This document shows positions 1 through 10,414 of a stretch of DNA of 64,000 nucleotides, in pieces. The notes under the pieces were generated by a model, which searched no databases, had not been told where the DNA came from, and saw only the letters and a program-made list of their open reading frames with translations. A program made the translations under genes and the position numbers. This stretch comes from an uncultured cyanobacterium (GTDB taxonomy: Bacteria > Cyanobacteriota > Cyanobacteriia > Cyanobacteriales > Cyanobacteriaceae), in assembly GCA_963749915.1 (NCBI GenBank), contig CAVVOP010000022.1, forward strand, positions 192,001 through 256,000, in the 5' to 3' direction. The number at the start of each line of letters is the position of its first letter. Positions within the stretch are counted from its first letter, which is position 1.

Positions 1-104
1 AGCTATGTTCATAAATTAGTCGCTTTTGTTAGCCTTAAATAAGTATCTATTCTAATGTAAAATGATAGTGATAATTTTTAGTAAGCATAAGGTATAAAAA
101 ATAT

Positions 105-221
105 ATGACTCCTTCTTTAGCCAATTTTCTCTGGAGCTTAGTCTGGGGTGCTGCCATCGTCGTTATTCCCGCAACTATTGGTTTAATTCTCGTTAGTCAA
201 GCTGATAAAATTCGTCGCTAA
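105..221 (+). CDS. psbX: Photosystem II reaction center protein PsbX (38 aa; not in the ORF track)
   Basis: Hand translation [38 protein letters not shown] matches the PsbX pattern. It lies directly upstream of ycf66, as is usual in cyanobacteria. Confidence 0.95.
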   Translation: MTPSLANFLWSLVWGAAIVVIPATIGLILVSQADKIRR

Positions 222-374
222 GAAGTAACATTCTTTAAATGCGTCTTAGCTTCTCATCCAAAGGGCGACACTTTCGCCCCTAACTATTGATTGCGTATTA
301 CTTTTGAGCAAAATTTTTAGATTCGACTCATGTTCGTTAAGATAGAAAAAAATATCATCCTTTAGGTTTTAGTA

Positions 375-1196
375 ATGGTTAATTTTGGTTTTAACTCAGC
401 AAGTATTTTAGGCATTTTTTTAGCTTTAGCTGGTGCTGGTTTATATTTACTGCGTTCTTTACGTCCTGAAGTTTCGAGAGATCATGATATATTTTTCGCC
501 GCGGTAGGATTACTTTGCGGTGGAATTTTACTTTGGCATGGTTGGCGCTTAGATCCTATTCTTCAGTTTAGTCAATTATTGTTGGCGGTCTCGGCAGTTT
601 TTTTTGCGGTGGAAAGTGTGCGTTTAAGAGGTGTTACCACCGAGCGAATGAAAGGACGTTCTTCCTATGTGGATGACGATCGCCCCAGTAGACGAGTTTA
701 TCGAGCAGAACTAGCACAAATGGATGGTTATGAGGATGATTATGAGGATGAAGAAGAAATGCCTCCCCGTCGTCGTTTACAAGGTACTCCTGTAAAATCA
801 ACGTCCTCTCGCCGTAGTGGTTATGAAGAAGAAGCTCCCACCTCTCGTTCTCGTCGTCCCCGTCCTTCTGGTTACACTCAAGAACCTCCTGTAAATCCTC
901 GTCGTGGCAATCCCTCTTCTCGTGTTCGTCATCAATATGATGATTGGCAAGAAACCCCTGATCATTGGGAAGAAAGTTCAACCCCTGTCCGTCGTAGTTC
1001 TCCTCGAGTGTCTCCTGATTCATCGGATATTCCACCTTCGAGAAGATCGAAAAAACGTCGTCCTAAATCGGCTGATGATATAGTTTCTAGTGTTGGCACG
1101 GAATATGTTGATTATCAACCTTTAGATAATAACGTAAATAACGACAGCCCTGATAATCCTCGGCCCCCTCAAAATCCTGATAATTTCGATTATTAA
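375..1196 (+). CDS. ycf66: Ycf66 family protein
   Basis: Hydrophobic N-terminus with RPEVSRDHDIFFAAVGLLCG and GWRLDPILQF, followed by an R/P/S/D-rich disordered tail. Confidence 0.9.
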   Translation: MVNFGFNSASILGIFLALAGAGLYLLRSLRPEVSRDHDIFFAAVGLLCGGILLWHGWRLDPILQFSQLLLAVSAVFFAVESVRLRGVTTERMKGRSSYVDDDRPSRRVYRAELAQMDGYEDDYEDEEEMPPRRRLQGTPVKSTSSRRSGYEEEAPTSRSRRPRPSGYTQEPPVNPRRGNPSSRVRHQYDDWQETPDHWEESSTPVRRSSPRVSPDSSDIPPSRRSKKRRPKSADDIVSSVGTEYVDYQPLDNNVNNDSPDNPRPPQNPDNFDY

Positions 1197-1210
1197 AATG
1201 CCATGGTTTT

Positions 1211-1792
1211 TTGATTAGTTTATTGCGACCTTTTTTAATTCTTCATTTTGTAGTTTTGAAGCTATTTTTTGCTCTACTTCTTTTTGCCTCTGGTTTAATT
1301 GTCGGTGGTTGTACCTCCAACAATTTATCTCTCTCCCCTAATTTTCTTAACAGCAGATATAATGATGAACAACCTGTGCTGAGTGGAGATGGTCGCTGGT
1401 TAGCAATGGTATCAAATCGTTATGGTCGTAGAGAAGTTTTATTGTATGATTTACAGCAACAATCTTTTGTTGATTTACCCGGCCTAAATTTACCTAATGC
1501 GATTACTGATAGTCCGAGTCTTAGTCGTGCTGGTAGATATATAGTTTATATTTCCAGTATTCAAGGGCGACCTGATATTTTTTTATATGATCGAGCGACA
1601 AAACAAAATCAGTTATTAACTCAAGGTTATCGCAGTTGGTTGAGAAACCCCCGTGTGAGTCCTGATGGTCGTTATATAGTCTTTGAAACTGCCCGTCGTG
1701 GACAATGGGATATAGAGGTGATGGATTTGGGTCGTAATATGGAATTAGATCAAGTTGATGGCGTTGTTGAAAGTAAGGTTTCTCGACCATAA
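1211..1792 (+). CDS. TolB-like PD40-repeat lipoprotein
   Basis: Repeated P-x-x-S-x-D-G-R-(W/Y) motifs and a lipobox-like VGGC. Start codon uncertain. Confidence 0.8.
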   Translation: MISLLRPFLILHFVVLKLFFALLLFASGLIVGGCTSNNLSLSPNFLNSRYNDEQPVLSGDGRWLAMVSNRYGRREVLLYDLQQQSFVDLPGLNLPNAITDSPSLSRAGRYIVYISSIQGRPDIFLYDRATKQNQLLTQGYRSWLRNPRVSPDGRYIVFETARRGQWDIEVMDLGRNMELDQVDGVVESKVSRP

Positions 1793-1815
1793 AGACGATC
1801 CCAGGAAAGAGGAAA

Positions 1816-2262
1816 TTAGATATAGTAGTGGAGAAAAGATTGTCCGGGATTGACCAAAAAACGGTTCTTGACGGCTTGTCTGCCCAATAACATTCTAAAA
1901 CCCATTACGTCACGATTAGTCAGGGTTAACTCAATATCCCACTGATAACTACCTAATTTTACCTTTGTGAGAATCACCGGTCTAAGTTGGCTATGTCCTC
2001 CTGAATTGGTAATGTGCCTATATTCAAGTAAGGGGGCGATACAATTAACCGTCATGTGGGTTTCTCGTTGGATTGGATGTACTTGAAACTCGACCATTTC
2101 TCGATCTTCCACTTTATAAGTATGAATATGAAAAGCGTGTAGTGACGAAGTTCGAGCACCAGTATCGATTTTAACTTTAATTTTGTCAACCCCCAATATT
2201 GGTAATGCTAGATATTCTCGCCAACCAATTAGGGGTAATTCTTTTTTTTGATGTTTCTTCAT
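1816..2262 (-). CDS. Retropepsin-like putative ATP-dependent zinc protease (RimK-associated family)
   Basis: IGWRE, KIDTGARTSSLHA and LTNRDVMGFRMLLGR motifs. Confidence 0.88.
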   Translation of the reverse strand: MKKHQKKELPLIGWREYLALPILGVDKIKVKIDTGARTSSLHAFHIHTYKVEDREMVEFQVHPIQRETHMTVNCIAPLLEYRHITNSGGHSQLRPVILTKVKLGSYQWDIELTLTNRDVMGFRMLLGRQAVKNRFLVNPGQSFLHYYI

Positions 2263-2337
2263 TTATCGAATCTAAGTCCCCAAGTTCGGAGACTTTTTTG
2301 AGATGCTGATTACTAATTACTGATTATTCCACGAAAC

Positions 2338-4638
2338 TTAATTCGCACAGGCGGTACATTCTTCTTTAAAAGAATCCCGTTGCACGACGCGCACATAATA
2401 AACTGCTTTACAGCCTTCTTCCCATGCCATGACCAACGTATTATAAATATCCTTGGCTTTTAGAGCTCTTTTTGGTTCATTGGCGAAATATACCCCCTCA
2501 TTGAGATTGAATAGTAGCTCCATTGAAATCCCTGTATCGATCCATTGCTGAATTACAGCGATCGCTTTTACTACTTCTTCTTGATTGAGGTGTTTATTTT
2601 CCTGATAAAACCAGTTTTTATCGTTAATAAAAGGAGGCGCAATGGGCACTGTACCTTTTGCCCATTTATCATAAAAAAAGCGACTATAAACTGGTAAAAC
2701 ACTAGCCGTACAACCTTGTACTAAGGATGAAGATGTGTTGGGTGCGATGGCTGTAATATGTGAGTTACGGATACCGAATAGTTGAATATCATCGGCCAAT
2801 TGTCGCCAACGGGGCTTATTATAGGCGTTTTCCTCAAACCATTCTACAGGCCGGCAACCAATTAATAAGCCCTTACTCCAATCGCTGCCCTCAAAGGCGG
2901 GATAGGCACCTCTTTCTTTAGCTAATGTCATGGATGCAGCGGTGCAATAATAACCTATATCCTCAAATAAATTGCTAATTTGGGGGAGGTCACTATATCT
3001 TAAATTTCGTTTTGCTAACCAATCCGCTAAACCCATGGCACCTACTCCAATAGTACGATAGCGATCATTATGAGCCTTGGCATCACCAAAGGGTGGTAAG
3101 GTGATCTCAATGGTGTTGTCTAAAATTCTGACTGCCAAGCTACAAATAGACGACTTTTCAGAATCTTCTAAATTGGCAAGGTTTAGGGATACTAAATTAC
3201 AGCAGTGGGCATATCTACCAGGAGTAACATTGCTAAAACTCTCAGTGCATAAATTTACCCCAGGAATATAACCCTCATGTTTATTCGGATTTCCTTTGTT
3301 AATGGTATCTTTAAAGGCTAAGTAAGGCATTCCCGTTTCTACTTGTGCCCTCATGATCTGTTTAAATAATTCTCTGGCGTTTACCTTTTTATAGATTTTT
3401 ATTTTTGTGCCAAGGTTTGATTCTATAATGCTATATGCCTTTTCAAATTCTGCTCCCCATAAAGTCGGTAAGTCAATATCTAAAGCATTTTTGACTTCAA
3501 AAGGATCAACTAAAGTCCATTCTTGCTTATTTTTGATTCTACGCATAAATTCATCGGGGAGAATAAGCTGAGGGAAAACATCGTAAGCCTTACGACGTTG
3601 ATCGCCATTTTCTGTTTGCATCTCTAAAAATTCTGGTACATCGAGATGCCATATATCCAAACCTACAGTTACAGCACCGGCCCGTCTTCCTCCCTGATTC
3701 ACTGCTATGGCCGTATCATTGAGTAATTTAATCCAAGGTATTACCCCTCCTGACGCATTTTTCTTGCCCATTACAGAGCTTCCTGTAGCCCTAATTCTGG
3801 ATACATTTACCCCCACTCCACCGCCGTTTTTGGAAATTCTAGCAGTATTGGTGATTTCTTGAAAAATACTTTCTAAGTTATCATCAATACTAACGATAAA
3901 ACAGCTAGTTAATGAACCGTTAGGAACCCTTAAGTTAGCCAAAATAGGGGTAGCTAAGGAAATACGACGAGATGCGATCGCCTCATAAAACTTACGAGCA
4001 TAATTCAATCTAACTTCAGGTGCTTCCACCATAGCGAGGAATAATGAACAAGTCAAATAGGCTTCTTGAGGTAATTCTTGAGGCAGAAGATAACGATTAC
4101 GTAACAACACGACTCCAGCATAGTCATAATCCAAATCCCAGTCAGGATTAATCCAACTATTAGCTTCTTCTAATTCCTGTGGGGAGTAGGCCAAAATCCT
4201 TTGATCATATTTACCCTGTTTAACAAACCTAGCAACAGTTTGGGCATAATTACCATAATTATAGCCTCGTTTGGCAAGAGTGTCTTTCCATAAACTCCAA
4301 ATATGTAGTCTACCTGCTACATATCGCCAGTCTGGTTCTTCGAGATTACACATTTCCAAGGCACAATTAATTAAATTGTCCTGAATTTCCCTGGTAGTAA
4401 TGCCATGACGTAGACGAGTTTTTAAACCAGATTCTAAGGCGATAGAATTGGCATCTTTACCGTTGCAAGCCCAATCTACGACTTTTCTAATTTTACTAAT
4501 ATCAAGGGGGGCTGATTTTCCGTTTCTTTTAATTACTTCGATACTTTTAGTCTGATGATTTAAATGGTGATTCTGACTACCAATATGAACCGTTGATGAG
4601 TGGCTAGAGATCGTATTTTCTTGTGTATCCAATAACAT
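2338..4638 (-). CDS. nrdA: Class I ribonucleoside-diphosphate reductase alpha subunit with N-terminal ATP cone
   Basis: VIKRNG ATP cone, catalytic NLCTE, APNTSSS, YY pair and C-terminal CTAC. Confidence 0.93.
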   Translation of the reverse strand: MLLDTQENTISSHSSTVHIGSQNHHLNHQTKSIEVIKRNGKSAPLDISKIRKVVDWACNGKDANSIALESGLKTRLRHGITTREIQDNLINCALEMCNLEEPDWRYVAGRLHIWSLWKDTLAKRGYNYGNYAQTVARFVKQGKYDQRILAYSPQELEEANSWINPDWDLDYDYAGVVLLRNRYLLPQELPQEAYLTCSLFLAMVEAPEVRLNYARKFYEAIASRRISLATPILANLRVPNGSLTSCFIVSIDDNLESIFQEITNTARISKNGGGVGVNVSRIRATGSSVMGKKNASGGVIPWIKLLNDTAIAVNQGGRRAGAVTVGLDIWHLDVPEFLEMQTENGDQRRKAYDVFPQLILPDEFMRRIKNKQEWTLVDPFEVKNALDIDLPTLWGAEFEKAYSIIESNLGTKIKIYKKVNARELFKQIMRAQVETGMPYLAFKDTINKGNPNKHEGYIPGVNLCTESFSNVTPGRYAHCCNLVSLNLANLEDSEKSSICSLAVRILDNTIEITLPPFGDAKAHNDRYRTIGVGAMGLADWLAKRNLRYSDLPQISNLFEDIGYYCTAASMTLAKERGAYPAFEGSDWSKGLLIGCRPVEWFEENAYNKPRWRQLADDIQLFGIRNSHITAIAPNTSSSLVQGCTASVLPVYSRFFYDKWAKGTVPIAPPFINDKNWFYQENKHLNQEEVVKAIAVIQQWIDTGISMELLFNLNEGVYFANEPKRALKAKDIYNTLVMAWEEGCKAVYYVRVVQRDSFKEECTACAN

Positions 4639-4710
4639 TGCTTCTGCCTCGCTTACTTTAAGTATTTCTACTCAAAAAAAATTTAATGCTGTTTAATCTT
4701 TTTCTTTTAT

Positions 4711-4758
4711 ACCATACATATGGGGTACTCTGCTCTCTACATACACCATATGTAAAAT
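4711..4758. promoter_or_regulatory. Tandem NrdR boxes upstream of nrdA
   Basis: ACCATACATATGGGGT (4711-4726) and ACACCATATGTAAAAT (4743-4758) resemble the NrdR consensus acaCwAtATaTwGtgt and start 32 bp apart. Confidence 0.75.
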
Positions 4759-5066
4759 TTAGTCAATAAAATTAAATACCTATTTTTGGGAAGGAGCAAT
4801 AGAGAATAAACAATGGATAGTTTATAATGAATAGTTAATAATGAATAACGAAAGTTGCTTTGTAATACTAGTTACTTTGCTTATATATCATTACATTAAG
4901 ACTTTTTATGTCAATTTAGACGATCTGCGCATCGCTAATGATAACAGAATTTTTCTGAACTAAATCTTAAGATTAACCTCGGTGAAAAACTCTCTGTTTT
5001 CCGACTTCTGCAAAAAGTCTATTAAAATAAAAAACAGCTATAGAGAAAAAATCAGAAAAAATAACC

Positions 5067-5831
5067 ATGGGTAACGAAAATATAGTACTTTTATCCGCTA
5101 GAGAAATCGAGAAAATGCGACAGGTGGGAAAATTGGCCGCACAATTGTTAGAGTATTTAGGGAAAATGGTAACACCTGGAATTAGTACTCACGACTTAGA
5201 TCAAGCGGCAGAAAAATGGACAAAAGAACATGGGGCAAAAAGTGCTCCATTGGGTTATCATGGTTTCCCTCGCTCAATTTGTACCAGTGTTAATGAGGTA
5301 ATTTGTCATGGTATCCCTAGCAAAGACCAAATTTTAAAAGATGGAGATATTATTAATATTGATGTCACCCCTATTTTAGAAGGCTATCACGGGGATACGT
5401 CTAAGACTTTTTTTGTGGGTACACCTTCTGATGAGGCGAAAAAATTGGTAGAAGTGACCGAAGAATGTTTATATAGAGGCATAAATGCGGTACGCTCTGG
5501 GGGTAGAATTGGGGATATTGGAGCAGCAATTCAAGAATATGCGGAAAGTCATGGTTATTCGGTGGTGAGAAATTTTGTGGGTCATGGTATCGGACGCACC
5601 TTTCATACACCCCCTCAAGTGCCTCACTATGGTAAAAAGGGTACAGGGAAGAAATTGCGACCCGGAATGGTATTTACCATTGAACCGATGATTAATATAG
5701 GCACATGGGAAGCTGATGTCTTAGAGGATGGTTGGACTGCTTTAACGAAAGATCGTCAATTATCTGCTCAATTTGAACATACCATCGCTATCACCCATGG
5801 AGGAGTGGAGATTTTAACGGTGGATAAGTAA
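5067..5831 (+). CDS. map: Type I methionyl aminopeptidase
   Basis: SICTSVNEVICHGIP, DGDIINIDVT, GHGIG, FTIEPMIN and SAQFEHT motifs. Confidence 0.96.
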   Translation: MGNENIVLLSAREIEKMRQVGKLAAQLLEYLGKMVTPGISTHDLDQAAEKWTKEHGAKSAPLGYHGFPRSICTSVNEVICHGIPSKDQILKDGDIINIDVTPILEGYHGDTSKTFFVGTPSDEAKKLVEVTEECLYRGINAVRSGGRIGDIGAAIQEYAESHGYSVVRNFVGHGIGRTFHTPPQVPHYGKKGTGKKLRPGMVFTIEPMINIGTWEADVLEDGWTALTKDRQLSAQFEHTIAITHGGVEILTVDK

Positions 5832-5906
5832 TGTATGTAAATAAAATTTATCCCTTTGAAGTATTTATTTCAAAATATAAACTATATCAATTATTTCAAG
5901 TTTGCT

Positions 5907-7118
5907 ATGAAAAAAATCTGTTTAGGTTTCGCAATTATTCTATTTATTTTATGTTCAAATTTAATTTACACTCCCAACGCTTACGCCTATAGTGAAGAAG
6001 AAAAAGTTTTATTACAATCTTGGCGTTTAGTCAACGAGGCTTATGTGGATAATTCTTTTAATAATCAAAATTGGTGGCAAATTCGGCAAAAATTCCTCAA
6101 AAAACCTTTACATAATCGGGAAGAAACTTATACTACCATTAAGGAAATGTTAGTACTTCTCGATGATCCTTATACTCGTTTATTACCCCCAGAAAACTAT
6201 CATAATCTACAAATTACCACTTCTGGCGAATTATCAGGCATTGGCTTACAAATTAGTATCAATGGTGAAAATAATCAATTAGAAGTTGTAACACCTTTAC
6301 CCAGTTCTCCGGCGGAATTAGCGGGGATTCAACCACGAGATCAGATTGTCACCATTGATGGTATTGATACGAACGCCTTGACCTTAGATGAAGCGGCTAA
6401 TAAAATTAGAGGAGAAATTGGCACAAAAGTAACCCTTGAAGTTAAACCCAGAAATGAATCGAAGATCAAAACCTATACCTTAAAACGTGATCGTCTTTCT
6501 TTAAGTGCCGTCAATTCTCGTTTAGATAAAACTAACCCCGATTACCCCATCGGTTACTTAGGCCTAACCCAGTTTAGCGCCAATGCCACCAAAGATTTAG
6601 CCCATGCTTTAGGAAAATTAGAACAAGAAGGGGCAAAAGGCTATATTTTAGACTTAAGAAATAATCCGGGGGGTTTGTTACAAGCAGGAATAGAAATCGC
6701 CCGTTTATGGTTACAACCGAGTACCATCGTTTATACTGTCAACCGTCAAGGAATTTTAGGCAGTTATGATGCGGATGGAGACGCTTTAACCGATAAACCT
6801 TTAGTAATATTAGTAAATCAAGGTTCAGCCAGTGCCAGTGAAATTCTTGCAGGGGCATTAAAAGATAACCATAGAGGAGTTTTAATCGGCGAAAAAACCT
6901 TCGGCAAAGGCTTGATTCAGTCTTTATTTGAATTACCCGATGGTGCAGGAATTGCTATTACTGTCGCTAAATATGAGACTCCTAGCCATAAGGATATTAA
7001 TAAACTAGGTATCACACCCGATTATATTGTAACCCAAGATCCCATCAGTTACTTTGAAATTGGCACAGAAAAAGATCTTCAATATCAAACTGCTGTTAGT
7101 TATTTAGCTCAAAAGTAA
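5907..7118 (+). CDS. ctpA: Carboxyl-terminal processing protease (S41, PDZ), CtpA-like
   Basis: DLRNNPGG, SASASEI and TFGKGLIQ motifs. The ATG at 5907 gives a clean signal peptide; the ORF track starts at 5856. Confidence 0.85.
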   Translation: MKKICLGFAIILFILCSNLIYTPNAYAYSEEEKVLLQSWRLVNEAYVDNSFNNQNWWQIRQKFLKKPLHNREETYTTIKEMLVLLDDPYTRLLPPENYHNLQITTSGELSGIGLQISINGENNQLEVVTPLPSSPAELAGIQPRDQIVTIDGIDTNALTLDEAANKIRGEIGTKVTLEVKPRNESKIKTYTLKRDRLSLSAVNSRLDKTNPDYPIGYLGLTQFSANATKDLAHALGKLEQEGAKGYILDLRNNPGGLLQAGIEIARLWLQPSTIVYTVNRQGILGSYDADGDALTDKPLVILVNQGSASASEILAGALKDNHRGVLIGEKTFGKGLIQSLFELPDGAGIAITVAKYETPSHKDINKLGITPDYIVTQDPISYFEIGTEKDLQYQTAVSYLAQK

Positions 7119-7282
7119 AACTTCCCTTAAATTTTTAGCAAATATAATATGAAAACAAAAATATATTTATGCTTTCATATTGCATCTGAAGTTTATCCAT
7201 AAAAAAATCTCCCAAGAATTACTTAATTGTAAGGGAGAAAAATAAGGTTATTTTCAAAAGCTAATAGCTGAGAATTCTTTTA

Positions 7283-8107
7283 TTAATTAGTTTTTAAAAC
7301 GGGAGCTAATTTTATATTTTTCGCCAAACCTAAAAACTCTAAAATTTTGATGGTAAACCAAGTTAAATCAATTTCCCACCATTGTAAACCATGACGGGCA
7401 GAATATTGAAAAGCATGATGATTATTATGCCAACCTTCCCCGAAAGTTAGTACGGCAACCCACCAACAATTGCGAGATTGATCATTCGATTCATGACTTT
7501 TATAGCCAAATTTATGGGTTGCACTGTTAACAAACCAAGTTACATGAAATACTAATACTAAACGGAGGAAAATACCCCATATTACTAATGGCCATCCGCC
7601 CCACCAAAACAGTAATAAGCCTAATACAACTTGAATGGGGATAAAGTATTTTTCACAAAATAAATAAAACGGATCATTTTGGATATCTTTTGTATATTTA
7701 GGTACATCCTTATTAGCTGGATTTTTAATCAACATCCAACCCATGTGACTCCACCAAAAACCTTTATTAGAATCATGGGGATCACCTTGATGATCAGAGT
7801 ATTTATGATGAATACGGTGTAACCCTATCCACGAAATAGGACCACCTTCACAGGCTAAAGTACCACAGAAAATGAGAAGGTACTCTAACCATTTTGGGGT
7901 TTCAAAGCTACGGTGACACACAAGTCGATGATAACCTAACGTAATTCCCACACAAGCAGTAAGCCAATAAAGCAGTAGGGTTACCCCTACCGCACGCCAA
8001 CTAAAATTACTGGGCAAAAACGCTAATAAGGCCACTAAATGAATAGTAGACATGTAAATAATAATATGCCATGCGGGAGCAAGTTTTTCGGAAGTTGAAA
8101 CTGTCAT
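7283..8107 (-). CDS. desC: Delta-9 acyl-lipid desaturase
   Basis: His boxes HRLVCH, HRIHH and HNNHH. Confidence 0.9.
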   Translation of the reverse strand: MTVSTSEKLAPAWHIIIYMSTIHLVALLAFLPSNFSWRAVGVTLLLYWLTACVGITLGYHRLVCHRSFETPKWLEYLLIFCGTLACEGGPISWIGLHRIHHKYSDHQGDPHDSNKGFWWSHMGWMLIKNPANKDVPKYTKDIQNDPFYLFCEKYFIPIQVVLGLLLFWWGGWPLVIWGIFLRLVLVFHVTWFVNSATHKFGYKSHESNDQSRNCWWVAVLTFGEGWHNNHHAFQYSARHGLQWWEIDLTWFTIKILEFLGLAKNIKLAPVLKTN

Positions 8108-8438
8108 TTTTATGAGTGAATTCTAGTATATTCGAATTTTATTATTTTCTATTGTTAAACAAGCCGAAACTTACTTATTTTTTAAGATTCTAAGTTATGG
8201 TAGAAACTGGGAAACATATACAAAGTCGGTGTTAATATTGATCATGTTAAGACCAAGTCAAATGGTTTATAACCAGACCCTTAAATCACGACCCTATAGA
8301 TTATAAACTATAAATCGAGATTAAGATATGATACTTTGCCTTTAAAATTTAAAACAGCCGTTCAATTTATATTAACTAAATTTAAGATACTTGAAGTTAT
8401 CAAATTATTGATCAAAATTTAATTGAGAGAACCTAAAA

Positions 8439-9746
8439 ATGAACAAGAATAATCTCGCCGCTTTTTTAGAAGAAATTAAAAAAAAACTTAGTAATATTAA
8501 TGCTGATTCCTTAGAAATCCTTGAATGGGATCGAGTTTCTGATGGCAAAAACAGGATTAATCAAGTAGCCATGAGTAAATATCCCCCCTCTTATTTAGTT
8601 ATTCCCAATTCCAAAGTTATCCTATCACAGTTTTTAAATGTTTGTTGTGAACATGAGTGGGTAATTTTACCCATTGGCAATGGCACGAAAATTCATTGGG
8701 GAAAACTGCCTGATAATTACGATGTTATGGTTAGTACCAGTAAAATCAATCATATTATTGAACATGCGGCAGAGGATTTAACGGTAACGGTGGAAGCAGG
8801 AATGAAAATAAAAGATTTACAGCAATTTTTGGCCTTAAAAGGCCAATTTTTACCCATTGATCCCTGTTATCCTGAATCTGCTACCATTGGGGGGATTGTG
8901 GCAACGGCGAATACAGGTAGTTGGCGACAACGTTACGGGGGGGTGAGGGATTTATTGTTAGGCATCTCTTTCTTCCGAGGAGACGGTAAGGAAGCCAAAG
9001 CTGGAGGAAGAGTCGTTAAAAATGTAGCTGGTTATGATTTGATGAAGTTGTTTACGGGATCTTACGGTAATTTAGGGATTATTACCGATGTTACTTTTCG
9101 TTTATTTCCGCTACCGGAAAATTCTCTAACTTTGGTTGTAATAGGAGATCAAGAATCTATTTATCAGTTACAAAAAACTGTTTCCGCCTCGGGTTTAACA
9201 CCGACGGCGGCGGATTTATTGTCAGAGTCTTTAGTGAAAACCCTTGATTTAGTCTCAGGATTAGGCTTATTATTCCGTTTTCAGGGCATAACTGAAAGTG
9301 TTAAAGAACAGTCTTCCCAAATACAAGCATGGGGTAAACAGCTAAATTTGTCTATTCGAACCTATGAAAATCAAGCAGAATTCCAGCTATGGAAAGATTT
9401 ATCTGAAAAAACTTATGTGATCGATTCGGAAGATACAGTTACTTGTAAGGTAGGTATTTTGCCTAGTGAAGGAGTTAATTTTATGTCCTCTTTCGATGGA
9501 TATGGTTTAATAAATATTAGTAGTGGTATTGGAAAATTATCTTTTAACCCAGGGTCTAAAAGTCATCAAGTTATGAAATTACGCCAATTCTGTGAGAAAA
9601 GGGGCGGTTTTTTGTCAATTTTAACGGGTTATACTTTTCTCAAAGGAAAAATTGAACCTTGGGGTTACATTGGTAATGGATTAGAAATGATGCGTACTAT
9701 TAAACAAAATTTTGATCCGAAAGGGGTTTTTGTTGATCGTCTTTAA
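8439..9746 (+). CDS. glcE: FAD-binding oxidoreductase, glycolate oxidase subunit GlcE-like
   Basis: DLTVTVEAG and AGGRVVKNVAGYDLMKLFTGSYG motifs. Confidence 0.82.
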   Translation: MNKNNLAAFLEEIKKKLSNINADSLEILEWDRVSDGKNRINQVAMSKYPPSYLVIPNSKVILSQFLNVCCEHEWVILPIGNGTKIHWGKLPDNYDVMVSTSKINHIIEHAAEDLTVTVEAGMKIKDLQQFLALKGQFLPIDPCYPESATIGGIVATANTGSWRQRYGGVRDLLLGISFFRGDGKEAKAGGRVVKNVAGYDLMKLFTGSYGNLGIITDVTFRLFPLPENSLTLVVIGDQESIYQLQKTVSASGLTPTAADLLSESLVKTLDLVSGLGLLFRFQGITESVKEQSSQIQAWGKQLNLSIRTYENQAEFQLWKDLSEKTYVIDSEDTVTCKVGILPSEGVNFMSSFDGYGLINISSGIGKLSFNPGSKSHQVMKLRQFCEKRGGFLSILTGYTFLKGKIEPWGYIGNGLEMMRTIKQNFDPKGVFVDRL

Positions 9747-9791
9747 CCGTAGAGTGAGTAAAAAGAGGTGCAAGGTAGGATAGAGATTAAG

Positions 9792-9816
9792 AGAATAGAA
9801 TAGAATAGAATAGAAT
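9792..9816. repeat. Pentanucleotide tandem repeat (AGAAT)x5
   Basis: Directly visible in the intergenic region. Confidence 0.9.
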
Positions 9817-9865
9817 ATAAATATATTATATTTTGTTAATCCTGATTTAATTATTACTCATTATT

Positions 9866-10375
9866 ATGTTATCTATCATCTCAATTTTTAGCATCTTTAT
9901 TGTTTCTTTTTCGGTATTAATTTCTCCCATTCATCTTGTTACATCTCAAAATTTACCATTGTTAGGTGCTATTTTTCATTTTGAAGGAAATATGCCTACT
10001 AATTTAGGTGTAACCGATGGAAAACTCCCTAATTGTCCTCCTTCTCCCAATTGTGTAGTTAGTCAAAATGGTGATGAGACTCATTACATCAAACCGTTAA
10101 CCTACAAAGGCGATCGCACTGAAGCATATAATAGTTTTGTGAAAATTTTATCCGTAGTACCAGAGACAAAAATTGTGGAACAAAAAGAGGATTATATTCG
10201 TACAGAATCCCGCAGCAAAATCATGGGTTTTGTCGATGATGCTGAATTTTATTTTCCCTCAGATGAGAACATAATACATTGGAGGTCGGCTTCTCGTTTA
10301 GGGGAATCAGATTTGGGAGTAAATCGTCGTCGTTTAGAGCAAATTCGCCTTGCCTTTGAAGACTTTAATAGTTAA
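9866..10375 (+). CDS. DUF1499 family protein
   Basis: CPPSPNCVVSQ, GFVDDAEF and RSASRLGESDLGVNRRR motifs. Confidence 0.9.
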   Translation: MLSIISIFSIFIVSFSVLISPIHLVTSQNLPLLGAIFHFEGNMPTNLGVTDGKLPNCPPSPNCVVSQNGDETHYIKPLTYKGDRTEAYNSFVKILSVVPETKIVEQKEDYIRTESRSKIMGFVDDAEFYFPSDENIIHWRSASRLGESDLGVNRRRLEQIRLAFEDFNS

Positions 10376-10414
10376 AAAAAGAATGCTATTTTCCCAATTA
10401 AGAAGATGAAAGAA

